A stretch of DNA of 63,968 bases, the filler included. It is 9 parts of 9 records of this genome, joined end to end, with 100 filler letters (N's around TTAATTAATTAA, not from the genome) between each part and the next. Parts side by side here need not be neighbours in the genome. Positions count along the whole stretch, not along the records: positions 27,523 to 32,624 come from SRR31156797_16382; positions 32,725 to 40,077 come from SRR31156797_16385; positions 40,178 to 49,652 come from SRR31156797_16396; 6 more parts are not named here. One strand, 5' to 3'. The first letter of the stretch is position 1. Each line of letters starts with the position of its first letter. The notes under the pieces are model-generated. The model was not told the DNA's origin and did no database searches. It saw only the letters and a program-made list of their open reading frames with translations. The position numbers were made by a program, and so were the translations under genes. Positions 28,530-43,800 of this stretch are shown piece by piece.

Positions 28530-29642
28530 ATGTCGCTATCCATACAACGAAAAAGCACCCGAAAAATTTCAGTGGGCGGTGTCCCTGTCGGCGGTTGTGC
28601 GCCCATTACCGTCCAATCCATGACCAACACGAAAACCGATGATATCAGTGCAACGGTTCACCAGATTCATCAACTGGAAAAAGCCGGTTGTGAAATTGTT
28701 CGCGTGGCCGTACCGGACAAATCGGCTTCGGATGCCATTCCCCTCATAAAAAAACAGATCGCCATCCCTTTAATTGCAGATATTCATTTCGACTACCGCC
28801 TTGCCATTGCTTCGGCCAAAGGAGGTGCGGACGGATTACGGTTCAACCCCGGCAACATCGGCAGCAAAAAAAAGATCGGCGCTCTGGTGGCGTGTGCCAA
28901 AGACTACGGGGTTCCCATTCGCATCGGTGTCAACGCCGGTTCCCTTGAAAAAGACATTCTAGAAAAATATCAGGGGGCCACGCCCGAAGGGATGGTTGAA
29001 AGTGCCCTTCGCCATGCGGCATTGCTTCGAAACCTGGATTTTCATGAAATCAAGATTTCCATCAAAGCCTCCGACGTCCCGCGAACGCTGGCCGCTTACA
29101 GGTTGTTGTCCCGGGAGACGGATCTTCCCCTTCATGTCGGGGTAACGGAAGCCGGAGGTCTGTATTCGGGCATTGTCAAATCGGCCCTTGGTATCGGCAC
29201 CCTCCTTTCAGAAGGAATCGGGGACACGTTGCGTGTTTCACTGACACGGGATCCGTTGGAAGAAATTCGGGTCGGATACGAAATCCTGCGGGCACTGCAC
29301 ATCCGTCATCGAGGACCGGAAATCATCTCCTGCCCCACCTGCGGACGATGCGACATCCCCCTTTTCGATATCGTGGACAAGGTGGAGAAGGCCTTGATGA
29401 CACGAACCACACGCGTTAAATTGGCTATCATGGGCTGTGTGGTCAACGGTCCCGGAGAGGCCCGCGAAGCGGATATCGGTGTGGCCGGTGGGAATGGGGT
29501 CGGAATCTTATTCAAAAAAGGAAAAGTGATAAAAAAATTCCCTGAAAGACGCCTCGTTGAGGTCGTTTTGGAAGCCGTGGATGATTTTGAACGGGAATCC
29601 CAACCGGATTCATCAACAGTGAAGGAACGAAAGAATGGGTAA
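28530..29642 (+). CDS. ispG: HMBPP synthase IspG
   Basis: VQSMTNT, ADIHFDY, RIGVNAGSL, SCPTCGR, MGCVVNGPGE. Confidence 0.97.
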   Translation: MSLSIQRKSTRKISVGGVPVGGCAPITVQSMTNTKTDDISATVHQIHQLEKAGCEIVRVAVPDKSASDAIPLIKKQIAIPLIADIHFDYRLAIASAKGGADGLRFNPGNIGSKKKIGALVACAKDYGVPIRIGVNAGSLEKDILEKYQGATPEGMVESALRHAALLRNLDFHEIKISIKASDVPRTLAAYRLLSRETDLPLHVGVTEAGGLYSGIVKSALGIGTLLSEGIGDTLRVSLTRDPLEEIRVGYEILRALHIRHRGPEIISCPTCGRCDIPLFDIVDKVEKALMTRTTRVKLAIMGCVVNGPGEAREADIGVAGGNGVGILFKKGKVIKKFPERRLVEVVLEAVDDFERESQPDSSTVKERKNG

Positions 29643-31155
29643 ACAGCAGAAAAATGCAATTTCTCCTGCTCGTACGGAGGATTATCCGGAATGGTACCAG
29701 CAGGTCATTAAAGCATCGGATATGGCCGAACAATCCCCTGTACGCGGGTGCATGGTCATCAAGCCTTGGGGGTATGCCCTTTGGGAAAATATCGTCGCCC
29801 GGATGGACCGGATGTTCAAACAGACCGGTGTAAAAAACGCCTATTTTCCACTTTTCATCCCATTGAACTTTTTAGAAAAAGAAGCGGAGCACGTCGAGGG
29901 CTTTGCAAAAGAGTGTGCCGTGGTTACCCACCACCGGCTGGAACAGGGGGGGGACGGGGGACTGGTTCCCGGAGGAAAGCTCACAGAGCCCCTGGTGGTC
30001 CGCCCCACCTCGGAGACGATCATCGGCGACTCCTTCTCCAAATGGGTGAAAAGCTACCGAGATCTGCCGCTGCTCATCAATCAGTGGGCCAACGTTGTGC
30101 GCTGGGAGATGCGCACCCGGATTTTTTTGCGGACCAGTGAATTCTTGTGGCAGGAGGGCCATACCGCCCATGCAACGGATCTCGAAGCCATCGAACGAAC
30201 GGAACTGATGCTCGACGTTTACGCTCGCATGGTGGAAGAGAATCTGGCGATGCCTGTTATCAAGGGGCGTAAAACGGCTGCGGAACGATTCCCCGGTGCC
30301 GTGGACACCCTTTGTATCGAGGCAATGATGCAGGACCGCAAAGCCCTGCAAGCCGGGACCTCTCACTTTTTAGGACAAAATTTTGCCAAAGCCTCCGAAA
30401 TCCGTTTCCAGACGGAAAATGAAGCCGAGGAATTCGCATGGACCACCTCCTGGGGGTCTTCGACACGCATGATCGGTGGGCTGATCATGACCCACGGCGA
30501 CGATGATGGCATCATCATGCCTCCCCGCGTCGCTCCTGCCCACGTTGTTCTGCTGCCCATCTACCGAAAACCCGAAGAACGGCAAAAGATCATGGCTTAT
30601 GTAAACGACCTTGCAACAGAATTACGCAAAACCCAATATGCCGGGCGGGATCTGATTGTTGAAGTGGACGATCGTGAAATTGGTGGGGCCCGCGGCTGGG
30701 AATGGATAAAAAAGGGAATCCCTGTCCGTGCGGAGATTGGACCGAGGGACATGGCGGAAGACTCCGTCTTCATGGCTAGGCGAGATCGTCCGCACAGGGA
30801 AAAAAGCGGCGTCAAAAGGGAAGCGTTCATTTCACAGCTTCCCGAAATCCTTGAAGAGATTCAACAAGAGCTCTTTCAGCGTGCCTGTCGCTTCCGAGAC
30901 GAAAACACACGAAAGGTGGATGAACAAAAGGATTTTTATGACTGGTTTACACCTAAAAACGCCCAAAAGCCTGAGCTTCACGGTGGCTTCGCCCTCTCCC
31001 ACTGGTGCGGAGACGGCGCCTGCGAAAAGAAAATCAAAGAGGACCTCAACGTAACGATCCGCTGTGTTCCGTTGGATGCTGAAGAAGAAAAGGGAGCGTG
31101 CATCTGCTGCGGTAAACCCAGCGACAAACGCGCGGTCTTTGCCAAGGCGTATTAA
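29635..31155 (+). CDS. proS: Proline--tRNA ligase, archaeal/eukaryotic type
   Basis: VRPTSET, NQWANVVRWE, EFLWQEGHT, ALQAGTSHFLGQNF, C-terminal Zn domain ending FAKAY. Confidence 0.96.
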   Translation: MGKQQKNAISPARTEDYPEWYQQVIKASDMAEQSPVRGCMVIKPWGYALWENIVARMDRMFKQTGVKNAYFPLFIPLNFLEKEAEHVEGFAKECAVVTHHRLEQGGDGGLVPGGKLTEPLVVRPTSETIIGDSFSKWVKSYRDLPLLINQWANVVRWEMRTRIFLRTSEFLWQEGHTAHATDLEAIERTELMLDVYARMVEENLAMPVIKGRKTAAERFPGAVDTLCIEAMMQDRKALQAGTSHFLGQNFAKASEIRFQTENEAEEFAWTTSWGSSTRMIGGLIMTHGDDDGIIMPPRVAPAHVVLLPIYRKPEERQKIMAYVNDLATELRKTQYAGRDLIVEVDDREIGGARGWEWIKKGIPVRAEIGPRDMAEDSVFMARRDRPHREKSGVKREAFISQLPEILEEIQQELFQRACRFRDENTRKVDEQKDFYDWFTPKNAQKPELHGGFALSHWCGDGACEKKIKEDLNVTIRCVPLDAEEEKGACICCGKPSDKRAVFAKAY

Positions 31156-32624
31156 TGATCCGAATCACCGATATCCTCGATAAAGTAACGGAAAATCATC
31201 CGGATGCAGATGTGGACATCATTGATCGGGCGTACATTTTTTCCGCCCGTGTTCACGACGGCCAGATGCGTCTTTCCGGAGAGCCGTACCTCTCTCACCC
31301 GTTGGAGGTTGCCGGGATCCTGGCGGATATGAAGCTGGATTCGGTCAGTATTGCGGCCGGCCTCCTGCACGATGTCATTGAGGACACCCATGCGTCGGAA
31401 GACGAAATTGGGGACATCTTCGGCTCCGACGTCCTACACATTGTCTCGGGCGTGACCAAGCTGAGCAAACTTCCTTTCAACAGCGCCCAGGCCAGGGAGG
31501 CGGAGAGTATCCGAAAAATGCTTCTCGCCATGGCGGATGACATCCGGGTGATTCTCATCAAATTATCCGACCGGCTCCACAACATGCGAACGCTCCAATT
31601 TCACAAAAGCGAATCGAAAAAGAAAAAAATCGCGAAGGAGACGCTGGACATCTACGCCCCGATCGCCGCGCGATTAGGCATTTACTGGATTAAAAACGAA
31701 CTGGAGAACAGATCTTTTCACTTTTTGAATCCGGATGCGTACGAAGAGATTCGTATGCGCGTGGACAAGGACAAAGCGGACCGGGAAAAATACGTAGAAA
31801 GCGTCAAGAACATTATCCAGAAAAAATTGGTTGATAACGATTTGCAAGCCGATGTGATGGGCCGGCACAAGCATTTTTTCAGCATCCATCAAAAGATGCT
31901 GAGCCAAAACCTCCCTTTTGAAGAGATCTACGATATTATCGCTTTTCGTATCATTCTCCACACCATTCCCCAGTGCTACGAAGCACTGGGACTTATGCAC
32001 AGTCTCTGGCGCCCTATTGCAAAAAAATTTAAAGACTATATCGGTATGCCCAAACCGAACATGTACCAAAGTCTGCATACGACAGTCATCGGCCCATACG
32101 GAGAACGAATCGAAATCCAGATCCGTACGCATGAGATGGATCGGGTCGCCAAATCAGGTATTGCCGCCCATTGGAGCTACAAAGAAGGCAAAGTGATCGA
32201 TGAAGATGCGTCGAAAACATTCGCCTGGGTCCAGAATCTGGTCGAAAATCAGGAGGCGTTCAGGGACCCGAATGAATTTCTTGAAAATGTGCGCATCGAC
32301 CTCTTTCCCGATGAGATCTATGTGTTCACCCCCCAAGGCCAAATTAAATCGTTGCCCAAAGGGGCGACTCCGATTGATTTTGCCTACTTGATCCACTCGG
32401 AAGTCGGAGCGCAATGTGTCGGCGCCAAAGTAAACGGCCGGATGGTTCCCTTGAAATACCAGCTTCAAACGGGCCAAATCGTTGAAGTCATCACAAACAA
32501 GGGCCACCACCCCTCAAAAGACTGGCTCAATTTCGTAAAAACCGTTAAAGCGCGCTCCAGAATCCGTCAATGGATCAAAATCCAGGAAAAAGAGCGGAGT
32601 CTCTCGCTGGGGCGTGAGATGTGC
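31155..32624 (+). CDS. relA: Bifunctional (p)ppGpp synthetase/hydrolase Rel/SpoT (3'-truncated)
   Basis: HD domain LLHDVIED, DRLHNMRTL, KFKDYI, YQSLHT, EIQIRT, TGS domain. Confidence 0.95.
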
Positions 32625-32724
32625 NNNNNNNNNNNNNNNNNNNNNNNNNNNNNNNNNNNNNNNNNNNNTTAATTAATTAANNNNNNNNNNNNNNNNNNNN
32701 NNNNNNNNNNNNNNNNNNNNNNNN
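32625..32724. other. Artificial contig spacer
   Basis: N-run + TTAATTAATTAA + N-run. Confidence 0.99.
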
Positions 32725-36561
<3,837 letters not shown>

Positions 36562-36801
36562 CGTATCCTCAATCAAGTGAGAAGGTTAGGGTTGGAATGA
36601 AGCAATTTGACGAACATCAACCAATAAATAGTCAGTTACAAGTCAAAAAGTGCAAGATAAACGTAGGCGGCAGAACAACATGCCTGAAAAGAAATTTTTA
36701 TAGGGTTTATTTTGATCGCGCTAAAAGATCCGGCTGCGCCTTTTCCGAATCCTATCAAAATAATTGATCAGGCAATTTTGTCAATCTTTTTAACAGCGAG
36801 A

Positions 36802-36837
36802 AGAGCGCAACCCCGTTTTACAGGGGTTTGCGCTCCT
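36802..36837 (-). terminator. Stem-loop between rplL and rpoB (attenuator-like)
   Basis: GAGCGCAACCCC...GGGGTTTGCGCTC. Confidence 0.55.
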
Positions 36838-36864
36838 CTTGCATTAGCGATAAATTCGCTTGAA

Positions 36865-37251
36865 TTACTTCATTTCGGCTTCAGCACCGGCTTCTTCAAG
36901 CTGCTTAAGAGCTTCTTCTGCTTCTGCTTTTTCTACGCCTTCTTTGATAGCTGCGGGAGCTTCATCAACTTTAGCCTTGGCTTCTTTGAGGCCGAGACCA
37001 GTCAGAGCGCGAACTGCTTTAATTACAGCAATTTTGTTGCCGCCTGCGCCTTTGAGGATAACGTCGAATTCAGTTTTTTCTTCAGCTGCTGCTTCGCCGC
37101 CTGCTGCGCCGGGCATTGCTGCTACTGCTGCAACGGGAGCTGCAGCGGAAACGCCGAATTTGTCTTCCAGTTCGGTGATGAACTCGGAGAGTTCGAGAAC
37201 GGTCATGTTGGAAATGAACTCAACTACCTGATCTTTGGTGATATCTGCCAT
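36865..37251 (-). CDS. rplL: 50S ribosomal protein L7/L12
   Basis: [30 protein letters not shown]. Confidence 0.98.
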   Translation of the reverse strand: MADITKDQVVEFISNMTVLELSEFITELEDKFGVSAAAPVAAVAAMPGAAGGEAAAEEKTEFDVILKGAGGNKIAVIKAVRALTGLGLKEAKAKVDEAPAAIKEGVEKAEAEEALKQLEEAGAEAEMK

Positions 37252-37298
37252 GGAAATTTCCTCCTGGGAATATACTTTGATTTGCCTTGACTAGGCTG

Positions 37299-37820
37299 TT
37301 ATGCAGCTTCTTTCTGATCTTTCAATGCAGTCAGAACGTTGAGGAAGCCACGAGGTACGTTTGCGAGCAAGCTCACAAAGTTGGTGGGTACTGCATTCAT
37401 TGTACCCAGAGTTTTGCCGAGGAGCTCTTCCTTGCTCGGGAGCTTGGAAAGCGCCTGCACGCCATCTTCGTCAAGAAATTTGCCCTCAAGGGATGCGTAA
37501 CGCATTTCGAAAGTCTTGCTTTCTTTAGCGAAATCAGCAACTGCTTTTGCTGCTGCAACAGGATCATCATATCCAGTTACGATAGCGCAGTTTTCCTTGA
37601 ATTTGTCAGCCAGTACTTCATGATCAGTACCAGTGAAAGCCAACCGGGCCAGAGTGTTCTTGACTACTTGGCAATCGACACCGACGTTACGCAGGTTAGC
37701 GCGGAGCTGAGTAAACTCTTCCACACCAAGGCCTTTGAAGTCGGTAACGATGGCAATACTCGCCCTCTCAGCTTTTTCTTTAAGCTGCTCGATAATCTGG
37801 GCTTTTTCTTGCCTGTTCAC
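37299..37820 (-). CDS. rplJ: 50S ribosomal protein L10
   Basis: [24 protein letters not shown] 37820 with GGAG RBS. Confidence 0.96.
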   Translation of the reverse strand: MNRQEKAQIIEQLKEKAERASIAIVTDFKGLGVEEFTQLRANLRNVGVDCQVVKNTLARLAFTGTDHEVLADKFKENCAIVTGYDDPVAAAKAVADFAKESKTFEMRYASLEGKFLDEDGVQALSKLPSKEELLGKTLGTMNAVPTNFVSLLANVPRGFLNVLTALKDQKEAA

Positions 37821-37844
37821 CTTAACACTCCTAATGATTTGACC

Positions 37845-37920
37845 CGGAAAGCAAGTCAAAGTGTTGTCTAAGCAGGTTATTAAGGGACCATCCCCCCTGC
37901 CGTCTTCGACTAAACTTCCC
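37845..37920 (-). ncRNA. Ribosomal protein L10 leader (autoregulatory RNA)
   Basis: Minus strand GTCGAAGACGGCAGG...TTAATAACCTGCTTAGAC, upstream of rplJ. Confidence 0.75.
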
Positions 37921-37939
37921 GTGTATTAATACATCAACA

Positions 37940-37957
37940 GCCGCCCTTTCGGGCGGC
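37940..37957 (-). terminator. GC-rich hairpin after rplA
   Basis: GCCGCCC-GAAA-GGGCGGC on the minus strand. Confidence 0.55.
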
Positions 37958-37968
37958 CTATGATGTTT

Positions 37969-38673
37969 TTAGGACTCTGAGTATTTTCTCGCTGCCAGAG
38001 GATCAATCTTGAAACCGGGCCCCATAGTAGTAGCTACGGCAACAGCCTTCATGTAGGTACCTTTAGAGGAAGAGGGTTTCAGTTTGCTCACTGTTTCCAG
38101 CAGGGTTTTCAGGTTCTCAAGAAGCTTTTCAGCTCCGAAAGAAACCTTTCCGATGGGCGCATGCAGAACACCGGCCTTGTCGACCTTGAATTCTACGCGT
38201 CCAGCTTTTACTTCTTTAACGGCTGAAGCCACGTCAAAAGTAACGGTGCCGGTCTTAGCGTTAGGCATCAGACCACGAGGTCCGAGCACACGGCCAATCT
38301 GACCGACTTTAGCCATCATGTCAGGAGTTGCGATAGCTTTATCGAAACCAAGCCATCCGTCCTTAACTTTGGCAACCAGGTCATCGCCACCGACAAAGTC
38401 AGCGCCGGCTTCCTTGGCTTCCGCTTCTTTTTCCCCGCTCACGAAGCAAGCTACGCGAATTTCCTTACCAAGACCGTTGGGCAGAGTTACTGCGCCACGA
38501 ATCATCTGGTCGGAGTATTTGGGGTCTACGCCGAGGTTGATGGCAACATCAACAGTCTCGTCGAATTTGGCATATGCCTTATCTACAGCAGAAGCTACCG
38601 CTTGTTCAACGGTCAGACCGAGCTGTTCGGTACCTTCTGTTGCTTTTCTATATTTTTTTCCGTGCTTAGGCAT
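37969..38673 (-). CDS. rplA: 50S ribosomal protein L1
   Basis: [23 protein letters not shown]. Confidence 0.98.
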   Translation of the reverse strand: MPKHGKKYRKATEGTEQLGLTVEQAVASAVDKAYAKFDETVDVAINLGVDPKYSDQMIRGAVTLPNGLGKEIRVACFVSGEKEAEAKEAGADFVGGDDLVAKVKDGWLGFDKAIATPDMMAKVGQIGRVLGPRGLMPNAKTGTVTFDVASAVKEVKAGRVEFKVDKAGVLHAPIGKVSFGAEKLLENLKTLLETVSKLKPSSSKGTYMKAVAVATTMGPGFKIDPLAARKYSES

Positions 38674-38689
38674 GATCTATTCCCCTTAC

Positions 38690-39115
38690 CTAGTCTGTGA
38701 CTTCAATGCCCATACTGCGGGCTGTTCCCATGATGGATTTCATGGCAGCTTCAGTATCGGCAGCGGTCAGGTCGGGAGCTTTAAGCTCAGCAATTTCTTT
38801 AACCTGAGCTTTGGTAACTTTACCGACCTTGTTCTTGTTAGGCTCGCCGGAACCTTTCTGCAGCTTTGCAGCCTTGAGCAGGAGGGTGGATGCCGGCGGA
38901 GTCTTGGTAATGAAGGAAAAGGACCTGTCTTGGTAGACAGTGATGATCACCGGAATGATCATGCCCTTCTGATCCTGCGTTTTGGCGTTGAACGCCTTGC
39001 AGAATTCCATTATATTTACACCGTGCTGACCGAGTGCAGGACCGACCGGAGGGGACGGATTTGCAGAGCCAGCAGGTATCTGAAGCTTGATTTTGCCTAT
39101 TTCTTTCTTGGCCAT
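38690..39115 (-). CDS. rplK: 50S ribosomal protein L11
   Basis: [27 protein letters not shown]. Confidence 0.98.
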   Translation of the reverse strand: MAKKEIGKIKLQIPAGSANPSPPVGPALGQHGVNIMEFCKAFNAKTQDQKGMIIPVIITVYQDRSFSFITKTPPASTLLLKAAKLQKGSGEPNKNKVGKVTKAQVKEIAELKAPDLTAADTEAAMKSIMGTARSMGIEVTD

Positions 39116-39189
39116 CGCTTTATGTCCTATATTAAATTCCAGTGAGGATACTCACTGTCGGAAATGAATATGCAGCAGTGCGGTCAGGA

Positions 39190-39750
39190 CTACCCTTTGG
39201 TTACCTGAACGAAGTCAAGTTCCACCGGGGTCTGGCGGCCGAAAATGGAGACTGACACCCGAAGCTTGCCTTTGTCGTAGTTTACATCTTCTACAACGCC
39301 GTTGAAACCGCTGAAAGGTCCATCAATGACCCTGACTTCATCGCCACGATCAAAGTTGAACTTGGGTCTCGGCTGTTCCTGACGGTCTTCCATCAGGCTC
39401 AGGATTTTGGCTGCTTCGCTGTCGCGCATTGGAGTCGGGCGGTTTTTGCCACCGATAAATCCGGTAACACGAGGAATAGACTGGATGAGATGCCATGATT
39501 CATCCTCCATGATCATTTTGATCATGACATAACCCGGATAAAATTTCCGAGTAGATGTTCTTTTTTCCCCTTTAACCAACTCAACAACTTTTTCCGTAGG
39601 AACGACGACTTCTTCGATCAGTTCTTTGTCCTGACCGGTTCTCATCATCTCACGGACAGTCTGCTCAACCCGCTGTTCAAAACCTGAATAGGTATGAACT
39701 ATGTACCAGCGGGCCTTCCTTCCCTGAGGTTTTTCAGCGTCTGCGTTCAT
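39190..39750 (-). CDS. nusG: Transcription termination/antitermination factor NusG
   Basis: WYIVHTYSGFE, FYPGYV, KOW motif VIDGPF, IFGRQTPVELDF. Confidence 0.98.
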   Translation of the reverse strand: MNADAEKPQGRKARWYIVHTYSGFEQRVEQTVREMMRTGQDKELIEEVVVPTEKVVELVKGEKRTSTRKFYPGYVMIKMIMEDESWHLIQSIPRVTGFIGGKNRPTPMRDSEAAKILSLMEDRQEQPRPKFNFDRGDEVRVIDGPFSGFNGVVEDVNYDKGKLRVSVSIFGRQTPVELDFVQVTKG

Positions 39751-39777
39751 GGAGCTCTTTCCTTTTTGTGGGTTGAT

Positions 39778-40029
39778 TTAAGACAGGATTGTCTCAACAA
39801 GTTTGCTGAGACCCATGTCAACAACACCCAGAAAAAGCGACATGACTACGACAAGGACCAAGACGGCGGTACAGGTCTGTATAGTCTCTTTCTGAGTAGG
39901 CCATACGACCTTCTTAATTTCGACCTTAGACTGCTCCAGGAATTCGGTGAACTGTTTAATCTTGCCACCTGCGCCCTGAGTTTCAGCCTTAGCCTGAACT
40001 CCCGCACCTTTATTTTTTTTCTTGGCCAT
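39778..40029 (-). CDS. secE: Preprotein translocase SecE
   Basis: EIKKVVWPT plus a single TM segment, upstream of nusG. Confidence 0.95.
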   Translation of the reverse strand: MAKKKNKGAGVQAKAETQGAGGKIKQFTEFLEQSKVEIKKVVWPTQKETIQTCTAVLVLVVVMSLFLGVVDMGLSKLVETILS

Positions 40030-40050
40030 ATTGATTTCCCATAAATGAAG

Positions 40051-40077
40051 TGGCAGGCCAGGAGGGATTCGAACCCC
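40051..40077 (-). tRNA. 3' end of a tRNA (T-arm, acceptor stem, CCA); probably tRNA-Trp by position
   Basis: GGGGTTCGAATCCCTCCTGGCCTGCCA; the anticodon is lost in the spacer. Confidence 0.8.
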
Positions 40078-40177
40078 NNNNNNNNNNNNNNNNNNNNNNN
40101 NNNNNNNNNNNNNNNNNNNNNTTAATTAATTAANNNNNNNNNNNNNNNNNNNNNNNNNNNNNNNNNNNNNNNNNNNN
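40078..40177. other. Artificial contig spacer
   Basis: N-run + TTAATTAATTAA + N-run. Confidence 0.99.
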
Positions 40178-40418
40178 TCCACAATTTTTTACATGCGATA
40201 ACCCTGTACCCCAAAACCAAATTCACCGCCTATCTTTTGGAACACCTCATCAGTACAAATTTGAGTAATTTAACGAACCACGATCTTATCCGACTGTTGA
40301 ACAGGAGGCCCGTGGATCAGAGAAATAGGCTGGGCGAAGGCCCTTCCTGGCGGGCTTAAATCATTTTTCAGGTTGTAAAACCCCACTTGCATTGAATCGA
40401 TAACCGAAGGCTGATAGG

Positions 40419-40782
40419 ATTTTAAGCTGGCAGTCCTTCAATGGCTTACCCGGTGGTTCATTTATATAGACTGCCGTCCATATCATATGACCAGGCTGAA
40501 GTATTCCGGATTCGGATTTCCTATCGCAAATACTTCCTTGGCTTTCTCAACGATAATATCAGACTCAAACGGGGAACAGTTGGTTCCCTCAGTAATGACA
40601 TTAGCAAAAAGTCTTTCTAAGGTCTTGATATCAATTCTGGTTTCATGTAATTCTTTTTGATGGCGTATGTTTGGATCATAGGCAAATAGTCCTTTCAATT
40701 TAATCAGTTGTTCTTTTCTTCTATCGGATTGCTCAATGGGTGAGCAACCAAAAAGAGAATTTGGATTAAACCTTCCGGACAT
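40419..40782 (-). pseudogene. Frameshifted, truncated DUF1670-like gene
   Basis: First frame ...ITEGTNCSPFESDIIVEKAKEVFAIG; after a shift near 40507 it reads GILQPGHMIWTAVYINEPPGKPLKDCQLK; family recognised from memory. Confidence 0.55.
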
Positions 40783-40828
40783 ACGTCCTAATCGGAAATT
40801 ATAAGGGATGGTTTTTGAAAGGTCGCGT

Positions 40829-43800
40829 ATGAAAATATTTCACCCAATACAGCTTATAAAATGGTCTTTTTTTATATTTTTCTTTTGTTGGCTAAATATA
40901 AATCCTACTTTGGCCGCCAAAACGTTTGAGACGACTGACTATATAAGTAGTGGCTTTAACACGACTGGGAGATCCGCTAACTTTGACCAAAATTCAATCA
41001 GAGAAGGCTCTTTCTTTTGGTTTATTAAAAAATTATTCGAGCTGAGCCGTACAGTGTATAATCATCCCCCGGAGAGAAAGGCACGTATAGAATTTCAAAA
41101 TGGCTTTAGCCCCAATCAAACATATGATGGTGCATTTGCTAATACGATTGGCGGGCCGGGCGGAGCTTCAAAATTTGTTTATCAAAAGCTTTTTACCGGA
41201 AATCGGTACAAAGAGACTGATTACCGTGCATTAATCAAGTTTGATTTGTCAGATATTCCCAGCGGTGTGTTGATTGAAAATGCTTATCTTGAGCTGTTTT
41301 CGGATCACAGCCTGGATAGTAGGGAGTTGAATGTAGGGCTGTACAAAATTTTATCTGATTGGAGCCCAACACCGCCACATAATGCCTATGGTGATATAAT
41401 TGCCACTGAAGGCCTGGTAGTTTGGGAGTGGGCGAGCAAGGACATTTCGTCCTGGTATACACCTGGTGGAGATTTTAACCCTGAGCCTGTATCTACAGCT
41501 CTAATCAAAGCACCGAATACTTGGTACAATTGGGAAATCAGCTCTCTGGTCCAGGACTGGGTTGATTATCCAGATGAAAATTATGGTGCAATTCTCAAAG
41601 ATTCTGACGATAGTGGCATTGAAAACTGGAAACGCTTCCGGGGCGCCCGAGTAAATTACCAAACACAGACCCGCCCCAAGCTCATCATTGAATACAGTCC
41701 TTCCATTATCCCTAATCAGGAGTGGAACAGCAGTGTATCACTCGATGACGTTTTTGACCTGGATCACTATTTTCAAGACCCGGATAACGATATTTTAACC
41801 TACACAGCATCAGTGATCGATAATCCCCAAATTGATGTCCGCATAGATAGTTCAAACAAAGTAACTTTCAGCTCTCCACCCGATTGGTACGGTACCGAAA
41901 CCGTAACCTTTTTTGTTGACGATGGATATGGTGGAAAAAATCATAGCAACACAGTCCAATTAACTGTTTGGCGGGCAGTAGAAATACCGAATCAACGATG
42001 GCAGAAGAATATAGTTTTAAGAAATGCATTTAATTTAGACGATTATTTTTCTGAAGCTGAAAATTTCACGGTCTCAACAGAAGATAACCCGAATATTAAT
42101 GTCATAGTGCATAATGACCATAATGTATCTTTCGTACCCATTAATAACTTTAGCGGTAGTGAAACCGTTGTTTTTACAACAGAAAATAGCCAGGGACTTC
42201 AAAAAAGCTACCCGGTTTATCTAACCGTTGAATCCCCGGAAAATGAAACGATTTTAACTGAACATCCAAGAATTTTTATAAATTCAGATAATAAACCATT
42301 TCTGATGGATAAAATTTGGGGGCCGCTATCTAATGCTTTTAATGTATTAAAAACCTCTGAACATGAAAAGATACAAAAAGGGCGTGTTGAATATATAAAA
42401 GACTATGTTTACAAACAAGCGTATTTGTACCAAATGACAGGGGAGGAACGTTTTGCATCCAACACCATCGCTGCCATGGAAAAGGTGCCGACCTGGGTAG
42501 CTGCTTATGCGCGATCTGAAACAGGCGAACATTCTACGGCAATGGAGACCCTGGCCATTGGTTTTGACTGGGTTTATGACCAGCTCTCAAAGGAGCAGAA
42601 AGAGTATTTCATTTCGCTGATTAATTCATATTATGAAAAAACAGTTGAAGATTTATCCGTTTTGCCTGACTTTCATAATTATGGCGCTACTGCATGGATT
42701 GGTCTACTCATATCAGGCCTGGCCACCTACGGTGAGAATGATAAAGCCCTGGAATATATGAGTTTTGCTCGAGATATCGTGGAGTACGGTAAAGAAATGC
42801 CCAAAGCTTTTTATCATTTAAAAAGCTCTATCGATGCTACCGGCGGTGCAATGAACTGGGAAGGGCCAACCTACAGCAGGCGTACGATGTTCAATATTTT
42901 TAAGTATGCTGAGGCATTGAGGACTGCCCATGGTGATAAAGTTAATCCCTGGACATCTCTACTTGAACAGGCCGAAGAGGCCGGGTACTATATTCTTTAT
43001 ATGACCCGCCCAGATCACAAATTCCAGTATTCATCAGATTCCAACTATCCTGGGGTTTCCTACTTTGAAATAACCAACCTCTGTATATTGGCCAACCAAT
43101 TTAAGAACGGGCATTTCAAACAATATATAGATCAATATTATCATTTGGAAAACAATACATTTGTTACCGATATTTGGCCGGGAAAATATATGCAGCCCCT
43201 TACCTATTATCTATTATGGTATGACCCTTCATTAGGGGCAGAATCCCTTGATACGCTTCCTTCCAGCGGCAAATTTGGCGATACCGTTGTAATACGGAAC
43301 GGTTTTGGGCAGGATGATACAATGATTACAATAAAAGCCGGACCCCATTGGGGTTTTCATTCACAGATGGATCATGGCACTTTTACCATATTTAAAAAAC
43401 AGCCATTGGCCATAGACTCTGGGTACTATGACAGCTGGTCGCGTGGAAAATCACACAACTGGAATTATTGGAAAAGAACCATCGCCCACAACACCTTGCT
43501 CATAAAAAATGATGAAGAAGTTTGGCCGGATTGGCCTAAGGGAACAACACCCAAAAATGATGGGGGGCAGCGCTGGGCTTTTACGACATTTAACCCGCCA
43601 AACGACGGTAACAGACATAGCCACAACCGTCCTTTTAGTGGCTATGATATGGATGTACGCTATGATGAATTTGGCATGGGCAAAATTGAGCGGTTTGAAA
43701 CTAATGAAAATATATATGATTATGTAAAAGTGGATCTCACAAACGCCTATAACAATATATACGCCGGCCATGGGAATAATCAACCAGAAAAGGTCCATTT

